NCBI GenBank assembly: GCA_950097015.1
Contig: CATNEN010000039.1
Coordinates: 10,044,001-10,108,000, forward strand
Source of the DNA: Macrostomum hystrix
Taxonomy: Eukaryota; Animalia; Platyhelminthes
DNA: 64,000 bases
Reading direction: 5' to 3'
The notes under the pieces are model-generated. The model ran no database searches and was not told the origin of the DNA. It saw nothing but the letters and a program-made list of their open reading frames with translations. Position numbers and translations under genes: made by a program. Below are positions 1-11,520 of the stretch, one piece after another. Each line of letters begins with the position of its first letter. Position 1 is the stretch's first letter.

Positions 1-3000
1 GATGCTGTTCCGAATACCACATGCCACAACGAACGCGCTGGTCGAGGAAAAACTATGTAGCAAGGTTTGGTTGGCCTCAGAAATGCGAGGTGGTCTGACC
101 AGGACTGCTGACTGGCAGAAGCCTGCTTGTGTGCCTGTCTGAGCTGCCTGGTTTCGGAGAATTGGCTGTAGTGGCGGCGTCGGCTGCTTCGTCTTCACAA
201 GCGCATTGGCTGACGAGGCTCCCACTGTAACACCGCTGACAGTTAGGTCCACTGAGCGATTGCCGACTGATGCGCCTAAGTCCAGGTGACCAACGCTGAC
301 TGGAGCGGCGCTAGTAGCTTCAATGATTGCCTCCTTTGCGACAGTCGGCGCGCTTATGGCGGCGTCCAGATTCCGCTGCAGCAGTTGCAGTCGCTCCGTG
401 CTGGTGCGGAGTAGCCGCTGCTGCTGTCTGGAACATGGTTATTTGACGATCAGGTTCAAGTGGAATCGGAATCCGATAACTAATCCACGAGTCCCGTCGT
501 CTTACTCGAAATCCACGCCGGCACTGCCATTTCGATCGACTCCAGCTTCGATTTTACGAGAAGGGGCAGCGCCACAGTTGCAAATTGCTTCCGGCTCTTG
601 AACACGGTAGCAGCAGCAGCAGCAGCAGCAGGCGCAGCTCGATCCGGATTGTTGAAGCTCGGCCCAGCTGGTGAGATGCTGCCACAGCTTGGACACCAGC
701 GACTGCAACCGGACCAACTCGGTGGTCGACTGCCTGTACGGATCCGCGTCTGTCGCAAATGGTTTTCGGATGTTGTAACTGTCATTAACAATCAAATACT
801 TTTTTAACGATGACATTTAGGGAAATTATTTTACAAAATATTAGTAGCTTACGAAGGCCGCTCCCTGTGCGCAATCGGCGTTCATACTCGGTGACTGATT
901 CTGAAATTGTTAATTACAAGTCTCCTTGGAATTCAGATCCGCATTAACTTATATTCGTTGATCAAAGTCTCGCCGACGCCTATCACTCCTACAGCCACCT
1001 CACTTTTCTCTCTACCCTTAACATCGCATCGATTGGCTATTGGAGGGTTCAACTCAGTTCAAGCAGCCACCCCACTCCCTTTTCTACCCCTCACTTTGCT
1101 GCGATTGGCCCTCATCTAAACAATAACAAATCCAACTTGACAGTTCAATAAATCCAGTCCTAGAATTCCACACCATCTGTCCCGACGGTGCGAGCGCGGA
1201 GCTCAGCCAGCATTGAAGTCAGTCGGTTCCTGGCACCGCCCTCGGCATCCGCGGTGGCGTCCTCGGCAAGTAGGGTGCGCTCCAGTAGATCGTAAAACTC
1301 CTCTGCGTGAGCCACCTTGGAGACTGTAATCAGCTGAAAGGATGATAAATGGGCTGGTGATGGTTCGATGATTTAAACAATCTTCGAAGTTTTAAAAAGC
1401 TCGCAAACCGATTGTCTGTCAAGAAGGCTGGCAAAAAGTTGAGCGATGTGCGCCACCGTGTCCCGCTTCAGGCGAGCGATCAGCGCTGTCCATTGGTCCG
1501 AGAGCTGCCGCTTCAGCCTGCAGTTTAGTCGAGTTTGGGGTGAATCGCTGTGGCACTGACTCACAGGCTGACAGCACTTGGTTGAGCTCACCTGACAGCG
1601 CGATCGATCGAGTCCACATCGCGCGGCGGAATCCACACGACAATAGACGGCACAGCCACCTGTCTGCCGTCGCGAAGGCGCACCCGCCACTGGAGCTGGT
1701 CTGAGCGGTCCAGAATTGACAGCTCCTCACCTTGCGAGATGGAAAACTGAAATAAATTGAATGAGATCACATTTTGAATTTCTACTTCAGTAAAATGAAG
1801 TCAGACTGCGTTCTGTGTACCTCGGGCGTTTCGTAACGGCACGCGCAGATGCCGCGAAGTTGCTGCGACTTTCCTGGAGGCGGACAGCGACTGCCGACCG
1901 GTACCACCGAGTGCCCGGCGGCCACCAGATGGTCGACGGCTGCCCAATCACTCAGGCAGTGCTTAAGGGAATCCTGGAGTGAGTGAAACACGTTCGCTGT
2001 ACAGAGTGTTTCATCTACTCCGACGACGAGGTGGAAGGACGAGGCGTGAGGTGGGTGTTTTAAGAAATAAAGATTTGCTTGGGATATGTCCAATGCGGAG
2101 GACAAGGCGTGAGGTGGGCGCATGGAGGGGTAGAGATTTTTTGGGGTTGGTAACTGAGTTGAGAAAAGACACTAAGTGAGAAGAGCGGGGTTGCAGTATT
2201 ACCGTGGCCGTAGCTAAAAGGCGTTTAGTGCGCTCCGGGTGCGTCAGGTGAAACAGGCACTCGAGCTGGCGAGCCGCGTGGCCGAAGCAACGCGCAATTC
2301 GGCCGGCAGTGTCGCGGCACTCCACGTTAAAGCAGTTGTAGTCGGCCGCGTTTTTGGCGTGCAGTCGCAGCAGCACAGCCAGCTGGTCCAGCCACTGCCA
2401 GCAGCGCTGGGCTGAGCCGGCCAGCGGCTTGCGCGCCGACGTGGAGTCCGAGCCCGACGATGTCGATGTAGGCGAGCTCGCGACTGCCACGGACAGCTGG
2501 TGAGCCTCGGCTGCGACTGCAGCGGCTGAGGACTGCGTGATTAGGGAATGAAAGCGAGTTTCAAACGGCGAATCAAGAAATCAACTAATTCAGAAATCGA
2601 CGAATCGACATTTCTTGACAATTTTTCAGGAAATAGTTTATGTGACCGGACGAGGTCGAACTAATTAATATTTTTGCGAACGGGGCTTGAGGGTTTGTCG
2701 TGCAATTTACGCCCATAAGGGGCTACCTCCAAGGGTGAGAGTGTACACTGTCTGACAATGAGAAAGTCAGGGCAGATGTACACACCTGTGTGAGTGTGCA
2801 CATTCCAACGGTATCTGTGTGCGTGTGTACTTAGGAGTCAGCAAAATAGGCAGAATTTCCTCCCCGCTGGCTGCGGGTCTAGTGTCACCAAATGATGCGC
2901 CACTGCCAACAGCGCTTCTGCAATATTATTATGATCATTATTTTTTCGATTACATGTCTGCTGTTGTTAAATCCTGTGAAAGATAGTCTGTCTTTCTGTC

Positions 3001-5654
3001 TGTCTCCTAACAACAACGGGGAATTTTTAGTCCAGTGGTTAGAACTTAAGTTTTCCCTGACCTCGAGGTCGTGAGTTCGATTCTCAGCCCAATCGAAAGA
3101 TTTTTTGCCCTTGAGTAAAAACCTTGTTTCCTGGCATTTTTTTTCACCGAGCTGTGAAACTGGTACTAGCATCAGTTGGGTTGGAGAATAGATTTAACCA
3201 TGAGAAGATGCGTAACAGCCGAGACTCACGCTAAAAGCTTCTTCAAGGCGAACGATTTTCCTCATGAAGTCCAGAGAGGCTATGTTTTCGCCGACCCGAC
3301 GAGACCCAAGGCTGCACTGCTCTCTGGCTGGGCGCGACAGCTCCTGCTCAAGTCAGTTGAGAGCTTAGATTTAGGCCTAGGCCTCGGAATGTGAGACAGG
3401 GGGTAGATGAGACAGTGGAGGGATGAGACAGTGGAGAGATGAGACAGTGGAGAGATGAGACAGTGGAGGGATGAGACAGTGGAGGGATGAGCCAGTGGAG
3501 GGATGAGACAGTGGAGAGATGAGACAGTGGAGAGATGAGACAGTGGAGGGATGAGACAGTGGAGGGATGAGCCAGTGGAGGGATGAGACAGTGGAGGGAT
3601 GAGACAGTGGAGAGATGAGACAGTGGAGAGATGAGACAGTGGAGGGATGAGACAGTGGAGGGATGAGCCAGTGGAGGGATGAGCCAGTGGAGGGATGAGA
3701 CAGTGGAGAGATGAGACAGTGGAGAGATGAGACAGTGGAGGGATGAGACAGTGGAGGGATGAGCCAGTGGAGGGATGAGACAGTGGAGGGATGAGCCAGT
3801 GGAGGGATGAGACAGTGGAGGGATGAGACAGTGGAGGGATGAGCCAGTGGAGGGATGAGACAGTGGAGAGATGAGACAGTGGAGGGATGAGACAGTGGAG
3901 GGATGAGCCAGTGGAGGGATGAGACAGTGGAGAGATGAGACAGTGGAGGGATGAGACAGTGGAGGGATGAGACAGTGGAGGGATGAGACAGTGGAGAGAT
4001 GAGACAGTGGAGAGATGAGACAGTGGAGAGATGAGACAGTGGAGGGATGAGCCAGTGGAGGGATGAGACAGTGGAGGGATGAGCCAGTGGAGGGATGAGA
4101 CAGTGGAGAGATGAGACAGTGCAGGGATGAGCCAGTGGAGAGATGAGCCAGTGGAGGGATGAGACAGTGGAGGGATGAGCCAGTGGAGAGATGAGACAGT
4201 GGAGGGATGAGACAGTGGAGGGATGAGCCAGTGGAGAGATGAGACAGTGGAGAGATGAGACAGTGGAGGGATGAGACAGTGGAGGGATGAGCCAGTGGAG
4301 GGATGAGACAGTGGAGAGATGAGACAGTGGAGGGATGAGACAGTGGAGGGATGAGACAGTGGAGGGATGAGACAGTGGAGAGATGAGACAGTGGAGAGAT
4401 GAGACAGTGGAGAGATGAGACAGTGGAGGGATGAGCCAGTGGAGGGATGAGACAGTGGAGAGATGAGACAGTGCAGGGATGAGCCAGTGGAGAGATGAGC
4501 CAGTGGAGGGATGAGACAGTGGAGGGATGAGCCAGTGGAGAGATGAGACAGTGGAGGGATGAGACAGTGGAGGGATGAGCCAGTGGAGGGATGAGACAGT
4601 GGAGAGATGAGACAGTGGAGAGATGAGACAGTGGAGAGATGAGACAGTGGAGAGATGAGACAGTGGAGGGATGAGCCAGTGGAGGGATGAGACAGTGGAG
4701 GGATGAGACAGTGGAGGGATGAGACAGTGCAGGGATGAGACAGTGGAGGGATGAGACAGTGGAGAGATGAGACAGTGGAGAGATGAGACAGTGGAGGGAT
4801 GAGACAGTGGAGGGATGAGCCAGTGGAGGGATGAGACAGTGGAGAGATGAGACAGTGGAGGGATGAGACAGTGGAGGGATGAGACAGTGGAGGGATGAGA
4901 CAGTGGAGAGATGAGACAGTGGAGAGATGAGACAGTGCAGGGATGAGCCAGTGGAGGGATGAGCCAGTGGAGGGATGAGACAGTGGAGAGATGAGACAGT
5001 GCAGGGATGAGCCAGTGGAGAGATGAGACAGTGGAGAGATGAGACAGTGCAGGGATGAGCCAGTGGAGAGATGAGACAGTGGAGGGATGAGACAGTGGAG
5101 GGATGAGCCAGTGGAGGGATGAGACAGTGGAGAGATGAGACAGTGCAGGGATGAGCCAGTGGAGAGATGAGCCAGTGGAGGGATGAGACAGTGGAGGGAT
5201 GAGCCAGTGGAGAGATGAGACAGTGGAGGGATGAGCCAGTGGAGGGATGAGCCAGTGGAGGGATGAGACAGTGGAGAGATGAGACAGTGGAGGGATGAGA
5301 CAGTGGAGGGATGAGCCAGTGGAGGGATGAGACAGTGGAGAGATGAGACAGTGGAGGGATGAGACAGTGGAGAGATGAGACTGGAAGAGATTTTACGATT
5401 ATTAGGATTAGGCTACTAGGATAAAACACGGGAATTATCGGTTACATCAGACAAGTGATTTGTCAAGTTTCGCAGCTGTTCAAGAGGCTCACACTGTCCG
5501 CAATGCGACCCAGCTCGTCTTGAATGCCAGTCTGCCTGTTGATCTCGTACTCAATTGAGCATCTGTTCGAGCCCAAAGGTGGGTTGTGCACAATTGCATG
5601 ATTGGACTCAAGCCAGTGCAGAAATTCCGTCTCAACTCGCTGCCGGATGCTCAT
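1..5654 (-). CDS. Plakin-family protein (plakin domain with embedded SH3); multi-exon, 3' end beyond the left edge of the window
   Basis: Phase-consistent GT-AG exon chain read by hand: 5654-5493, 3343-3230, 2532-2203, 1973-1821, 1746-1592, 1517-1409, 1333-1174, 900-853, 749-506, 427-<1. It encodes CWQWLDQLAVLLRLHAKNAADYNCF (plakin spectrin-like repeat), LRGICACRYETPE/FSISQGEELSILDRSDQLQWRVRLRDGRQVAVPSIVVWIPP (plakin SH3) and DRAVRLKRQLSDQW. The start codon and any further upstream exon are uncertain. Confidence 0.75.
2680..2945 (+). mobile_element. SINE-like dispersed repeat family A, 5'-truncated copy in a plakin intron
   Basis: Aligns by eye with 10380-10655, 39382-39660 and 54295-54712 (GTGCAATTTAC...GTGAGAGTGTACAC...AAAGTCAGGGCAGATG...GGAGTCAGC...CGCTGGCTGCGGGTCTAG). 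It ends in a (TAT)n-like tail. Confidence 0.7.
3018..3185 (+). mobile_element. tRNA-derived SINE with a CORE-like domain (or tRNA pseudogene)
   Basis: A-box TAGTCCAGTGGTTAGA and B-box GTTCGATTC, followed by GCCCTTGAGTAAAA and CACCGAGCTGTGAAACTGGTAC, which resemble the CORE-SINE central domain. No intact cloverleaf acceptor stem. Confidence 0.5.
3391..5385. repeat. 16-bp minisatellite (ATGAGACAGTGGAG[A/G]G)n, about 2 kb, inside a plakin intron
   Basis: Direct reading. A degenerate reverse-strand relative occurs at about 31828-32005. Confidence 0.95.
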
Positions 5655-6271
5655 GATCGAAAGCTAATTCGAGAACTCAATTCGTCAGTGAATTATTAGC
5701 TCAGCATCTCTGCAGAACAAAGTGGCGAAAATTTCCAAATCGCAGAGATTGCTGCGGACAAGGGTTCAGAGGGAGAGAACCTTTATCGCTACCTCAAATA
5801 CTCAGCGAGTGAGTGAGGGCGCCCTACGGTTGAGAACATTCGAACTAAAATGTGTGTGCTCAGGGACAAAAAACGGCTAGCAGCAGGTCGAGATTCTTCA
5901 CCAGTTGTGCTCATTTCAATTATTTAGCAGGCTGTCATTATTCTCTGTAGCCACAAGCAGTGCGCGAGTTCACCTCAGTGAGTTGTCTGTTTGTAGAAGC
6001 AGTTTTTAGACTTACATACGCATTTCCATTCTTAGGCCATGGTCAGCGGGCATTCCATTGTTCTTCAATATTTTAATAAATTCAGTTTTTAACCTCATTT
6101 ACATTGTATAGAAGAGTTTAGTAAAAAGCTTTGCACCGCTATGAATTAAAGGAATTCTTTCGCATTCAACAAGTTTTTAACTCTTTACAGTGCAAAAATA
6201 AATGTAAACCATGGAGCGACTGTGTTTCCAGCTGATGGATAGGAATGCTAACAATTTTGAGATAGACTCAA

Positions 6272-7170
6272 AGACAGACGTGTTATCTGTTAGACAGACG
6301 TGTCACCTGTTAGACTGATGTGTCACCTGTTAAACAGATGTGTCACCTGTTAGACTGATATGCCACCTGTTAGACTGATGTGTCATCTGTTAGACAGACG
6401 TGTCACCTGTTAGACTGATGTGTCACCTGTTAGACTGATATGTCACCTGTTAGACTGATGTGCCACCTGTTAGACAGATATGCCACCTGTTAGACTGATG
6501 TGTCATCTGTTAGTCTGATGTGTCACCTGTTAGACTGATGTGTCACCTGTTAGACAGATGTGTCACCTGTTAGACAGATGTGTCACCTGTTAGACAGATG
6601 TGTCACCTGTTAGACAGATGTATCACCTGTTAGACAGATTTGTCACCTGTTAGACTGATATGTCACCTGTTAGACCTGTTAGACAGATTTGTCACCTGTT
6701 AGACAGATGTGTCACCTGTTAGACAGATGGGTCACCTGTTAGACAGATGTGTCACCTGTTAGACTAATGTGTCACCTGTTAGACTGATATGTCACCTGTT
6801 AGACTGATGTGCCACCTGTTAGACAGATGTGTCACCTGTTAAACAGATGTGTCACCTGTTAGACTGATATGCCACCTGTTAGACTGATGTGTCATCTGTT
6901 AGACTGATGTGTCACCTGTTAGACTAATGTGTCACCTGTTAGACTGATGTGTCACCTGTTAGACAGACGTGTCACCTGTTAGACAGATATGCCACCTGTT
7001 AGACAGATGTGTCACCTGTTAGACAGATATGCCACCTGTTAGACTGATGTGTCATCTGTTAGTCTGATGTGTCACCTGTTAGACCTGTTAGACAGATTTG
7101 TCACCTGTTAGACAGATATGCCACCTGTTAGACAGATGTGTCACCTGTTAGACAGATGTGTCACCTGTTA
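6272..7170. repeat. 20-bp minisatellite (CACCTGTTAGAC[A/T]GATGTGT)n
   Basis: Direct reading, about 45 units. Most units contain the E-box CACCTG. Confidence 0.95.
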
Positions 7171-7229
7171 GGCGGGATCAACATCTTGCAATACTTTTCA
7201 TGAATTATAATCAAACTGTGTGTGGTCTC

Positions 7230-7446
7230 AGACCAGCCAATCTGCAGATCAGCCGAGTTTAGTCTGAGCCAATCAGACGGACTCACACTCTCTCATTTGC
7301 TAGCCAATAAGATTTTGAGCAAATTAGTTTTTCGCAGTTAATCTGCGAATGAAGAATGATAAATGGGTCTCGGGATTGCGAGTAAGAAAAAAAGCAAAAA
7401 ATAACTTTTTCATTTAACGCTTAGTTATCACCAAAATAAGGTAAGC
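7230..7446 (+). promoter_or_regulatory. Candidate promoter with three CCAAT boxes and a downstream 5'-UTR splice donor (probably for the GPCR, possibly bidirectional)
   Basis: AGCCAAT with CCAAT at 7237, 7269 and 7304 (32-35 bp spacing). Strong donor AAG|GTAAGC at 7441, with a matching acceptor CATCTTCAG at about 8765 just before the GPCR ORF. Confidence 0.45.
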
Positions 7447-7544
7447 AAAGAAGAATTTAATTATTTTTCTTAGTACCTGTTTACAATGTTATCGATACAT
7501 TGTTATTTTATTATTTGCTACTGATAATTAAAACTAAAATACAG

Positions 7545-8645
7545 CAGAATGGTGGGGGATGCAATCATCCCATCACAGGTGAACTGGTAGGGGATGCAAT
7601 GATCACATCACAGGTGAACTGGTAGGAGATGCAATGATCACATCACAGGTGAACTGGTGGGTGATGCAATGATCACATCACAGGTGAACTGGTAGGGGAT
7701 GCAATGATCATATCACAGGTGAACTGGTGGGTGATGCAATGATCACATCACAGGTGAACTGGTAGGGGATGCAATTATCACATCACAGGTGAACTGGTAG
7801 GGGATGCAATGATCACATCACAGGTGAACTGGTAGGAGATGCAATGATGACATCACAGGTGAACTGGTAGGAGATGCAATGATCACATCACAGGTGAACT
7901 GGTGGGTGATGCAATGATCACATCACAGGTGAACTGGTAGGGGATGCAATCATCCCATCACAGGTGAACTGGTAGGGGATGCAATGATCACATCACAGGT
8001 GAACTGGTAGGAGATGCAATGATCACATCACAGGTGAACTGGTGGGTGATGCAATGATCACATCACAGGTGAACTGGTAGGGGATGCAATGATCATATCA
8101 CAGGTGAACTGGTGGGTGATGCAATGATCACATCACAGGTGAACTGGTAGGGGATGCAATTATCACATCACAGGTGAACTGGTAGGAGATGCAATGATGA
8201 CATCACAGGTGAACTGGTAGGAGATGCAATGATCACATCACAGGTGAACTGGTGGGTGATGCAATGATCACATCACAGGTGAACTGGTAGGGGATGCAAT
8301 CATCCCATCACAGGTGAACTGGTAGGGGATGCAATGATCACATCACAGGTGAACTGGTAGGTGATGCAATGATCACATCACAGGTGAACTGGTAGGAGAT
8401 GCAATGATCACATCACAGGTGAACTAGTAGGAGATGCAATGATCACATCACAGGTGAACTAGTAGGAGATGCAATGATCACATCACAGGTGAACTGGTAG
8501 GTGATGCAATGATCACATCACAGGTGAACTAGTAGGAGATGCAATGATCACATCACAGGTGAACTAGTAGGAGATGCAATGATCACATCACAGGTGAACT
8601 GGTAGGGGATGCAATTATCACATCACAGGTGAACTGGTAGGGGAT
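7545..8645. repeat. 35-bp minisatellite (GATCACATCACAGGTGAACTGGTAGGGGATGCAAT)n
   Basis: Direct reading, about 31 units. A variant unit CATCCC recurs at about 7566, 7951 and 8301, indicating higher-order duplication. Confidence 0.95.
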
Positions 8646-8819
8646 ACTTGAAAGATTTTTAATCAATATTAGCTACTTTTTCCCGACACTTGATCAAAGA
8701 ATCCAACTAGTTATGACCTGTCTGTCTAGATTGCTACATAGAGTCTAGACTCATTTCATCTTCAGGAATCAATTAAGCTTTAGCGTCTGTAACAAGATGA
8801 GGCCAGGAATAGAACATGG

Positions 8820-10346
8820 ATGCATAGATACAAACGCCTAGATCCAACTGTTGAATATTTACCTGTTGAACAGTTGCAAATGGCCAATAACAACGGGAGC
8901 AGCAGCCTAAATGATGCACTGTTAAAGCAGTACATCAAGCAGCAGATGGCTAGCAAGCGTTGGTTTAACTTCCTCTGCTTGGACATTGGCCTGCGCAGTA
9001 TCTGCCTGATGGGAATTGTTGGCAACTGTCTCACAATGACTGTGTTTGTCAAAAGGCGCGATTCCCGTCGTAGAAGCGGCGGCGTCGGCGGCGGCAGCGG
9101 CCTGGAAAAATCGGTGTCGCAGTCGCTGACCGCCCTAGCCGTGTCTGATCTGTTCATCTGCCTGAGTGCTCTGCCGATGAGTTTCAGCAGCTCCGAGGTC
9201 GAGGACTGTCCCTCGCGCACGCTGCTGTACGCGCAGATCATTGGCCAGGCCGTCAGCAACACCTTCCTGGCGGTCAGCGTCTGGCTGACCCTCACCATCA
9301 CCGTATGCCGCTACCTGGCTGTCTGGCGGCCGCTGCAGTCGCGCAGCTGGCTCCGAGAACGCAACATTCGAGCAGTCATCGGCTGCGTCTTCTTGGCCGC
9401 CGCGGCACTGCACGCACCAGACTTCTTCAAATACGAGGTGCGCATTGTTGAGGACCAGGGCGGCGCGAGCGGCTGCTATTTCCGGAGCAGGCTGCGCCAC
9501 CTGGACCCCGGGCAGCGCTGGTATGCCGATGTGTACTATTGGACAGTCAGCGTGCTGGTGAATGTGGGCCCGCTGCTGGCCATCGCAGTGTGCAATTTCA
9601 AGCTGGTCCTGGCCTACCGATCCAGCGTGCGGCAGCGGCATCAGCTTGGCGCTCGGCGCGGCGCGGAGGCGGTCGCCGACAACCTGCGGAGCAGCCGAGT
9701 CATACAGCAGCAGCAGCATTCGAACAGCCTGACGCCGCTGCTAGTCACAGTGACGGTGGTGTTCTTTGTGCTGATTAGCCCCGGTCAGACGGTCAACCTG
9801 CTGTGCCGCAAGTTCATAGTCACGAAGCTGCGAAGCCGCATCAACAGCAGCGACATCACGGCCATTCCGGCCTATTACAATGTTCAAAAACTGCAGAGCC
9901 TCATGACGGTGAGCCAGGTTGCCGGATGCGCGCTCAATTTCATCTTCTTCTGCCTCGTCTCCGCCTCGTTTCGCAAGTCCCTGTCGGCCGTTCTGTCCCG
10001 CCGCAACGGCGCCAGACAACTTCGTCGTCCAGGTCGCCGCGGCGCCGATGATGACCGTAGAACCCACCGAGGAAACTTCAACGCCGGCGAGGGCAATCAC
10101 CAGGCCGACGCCGACGCTGTGGGCGACGTTGGCAACGTCGAAATCGACGACATTGGACTCCGGCTGAAAGCCGGCTGCAGCCGTGGCGGAAGTCCAAGCA
10201 CCTCCGGCGCGATTGGCGACAATCTGACGGCCGCAGCCGGCGTGTTCGGCGCCAGCACGCTCATTATAACAGCGACAGTCGAGTCGACTGGCTCGGAGCA
10301 GCTCATGCAGCTGGCCAGCCTGCCACCGGGAAGTCAGGGTGACTGA
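8820..10346 (+). CDS. Class A (rhodopsin-like) GPCR, FMRFamide/sex-peptide/srw-like peptide receptor; intronless CDS
   Basis: Seven hydrophobic segments: GIVGNCLT (TM1), LAVSDL (TM2), CRYLAVWRP (DRY variant), LHAPDFF (TM4), ISPG (TM6), ALNFIFFCLVSASFR (NFxxF/Y TM7-H8 of invertebrate peptide receptors). The start could be 8820, 8880 or 8946. Confidence 0.9.
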   Translation: MHRYKRLDPTVEYLPVEQLQMANNNGSSSLNDALLKQYIKQQMASKRWFNFLCLDIGLRSICLMGIVGNCLTMTVFVKRRDSRRRSGGVGGGSGLEKSVSQSLTALAVSDLFICLSALPMSFSSSEVEDCPSRTLLYAQIIGQAVSNTFLAVSVWLTLTITVCRYLAVWRPLQSRSWLRERNIRAVIGCVFLAAAALHAPDFFKYEVRIVEDQGGASGCYFRSRLRHLDPGQRWYADVYYWTVSVLVNVGPLLAIAVCNFKLVLAYRSSVRQRHQLGARRGAEAVADNLRSSRVIQQQQHSNSLTPLLVTVTVVFFVLISPGQTVNLLCRKFIVTKLRSRINSSDITAIPAYYNVQKLQSLMTVSQVAGCALNFIFFCLVSASFRKSLSAVLSRRNGARQLRRPGRRGADDDRRTHRGNFNAGEGNHQADADAVGDVGNVEIDDIGLRLKAGCSRGGSPSTSGAIGDNLTAAAGVFGASTLIITATVESTGSEQLMQLASLPPGSQGD

Positions 10347-10379
10347 CAAACAATGAAACTTTGACTTTCTTAAGAAATT

Positions 10380-10655
10380 TTGCTCGATTACCGCATTCAT
10401 TTGGGGCGCAGCCGCGCAGAGAAGGCTTGGGGACTCATTGTGCAATTTACGCCGATGAGGGCCAACCTCCGCGGCGCAGTGAGAGTGTACAATGCCTGAA
10501 GATGAGAAAATGAGGGCTGGTGTAACCATCTGTGGGAGTGTGTGCTCAGGAGTCAGCGGAATGGGCAGAAGTGCCTCCTCGCTGGCTGCGGTTCGACTGT
10601 CATCAAGTGTCGTGCCAGAGGCCACAGCCCTGATGCAAATAGTTTGATTATTACC
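10380..10655 (+). mobile_element. SINE-like family A copy directly in the GPCR 3' region
   Basis: Begins GCTCGATT (B-box remnant) about 35 nt after the GPCR stop. Shares the family A body and contains GCCTCCTCGCTGGC. Confidence 0.7.
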
Positions 10656-10929
10656 CACTCCAGCAACTAAAGCTTTAATTATTATCTAAAACAAGACCAT
10701 AATTAACCATTTTGTGTTTCTTGTTGTGCTTGTTTGTGTCTTTGTTATTGATTTTCATAATTATTTCTGATGAAATATACTCGCAGTAATTTAGTAGCAC
10801 CTCAGAATGAGTTGCAATATTATACCCGGAAAATTCAGTCTACTGAAAGTCAAAAATGTCCTTCTGAATCAAGTAAGCATAAATTGGCAAGATTCGTCTT
10901 TAAATGAAACAAATGGCCTCATATCACTA

Positions 10930-11520
10930 ACCCACCCTCAGTGGGTCATTGCCTGAAGCCCTCTGACTCACCCACCCTCAGTGGGTCATTGCCTGAAGCC
11001 CTCTGACTCACCCACCCTCAGTGGGTCATTGCCTGAAGCCCTCTGACTCACCCACCCTCAGTGGGTCATTGCCTGAAGCCCTCTGACTCACCCACCCTCA
11101 GTGGGTCATTGCCTGAAGCCCTCTGACTCACCCACCCTCAGTGGGTCATTGCCTGAAGCCCTCTGACTCACCCACCCTCAGTGGGTCATTGCCTGAAGCC
11201 CTGACTCACCCACCCTCAGTGGGTCATTGCCTGAAGCCCTCTGACTCACCCACCCTCAGTGGGTCATTGCCTGAAGCCCTAGCTCTGACTCACCCACCCT
11301 CAGTGGGTCATTGCCTGAAGCCCTAGCTCTGACTCACCCACCCTCAGTGGGTCATTGCCTGAAGCCCTAGCTCTGACTCACCCACCCTCAGTGGGTCATT
11401 GCCTGAAGCCCTCTGACTCACCCACCCTCAGTGGGTCATTGCCTGAAGCCCTCTGACTCACCCACCCTCAGTGGGTCATTGCCTGAAGCCCTCTGACTCA
11501 CCCGCCCTCTGTGGGTCATT
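10930..11520. repeat. 40-bp highly homogeneous minisatellite (CCCACCCTCAGTGGGTCATTGCCTGAAGCCCTCTGACTCA)n
   Basis: Direct reading, about 14 units. Three units carry a 4-nt insertion. Confidence 0.95.

Noticed and set aside
3018-3095. Functional tRNA gene
   Set aside because: A and B boxes are present, but the acceptor and anticodon stems do not close, and SINE-like body sequence follows.
3348-5429. 693-aa ORF (SSLHCLIPPLAHPSTV repeats)
   Set aside because: It is the translation of a stop-free 16-bp minisatellite lying inside a plakin intron.
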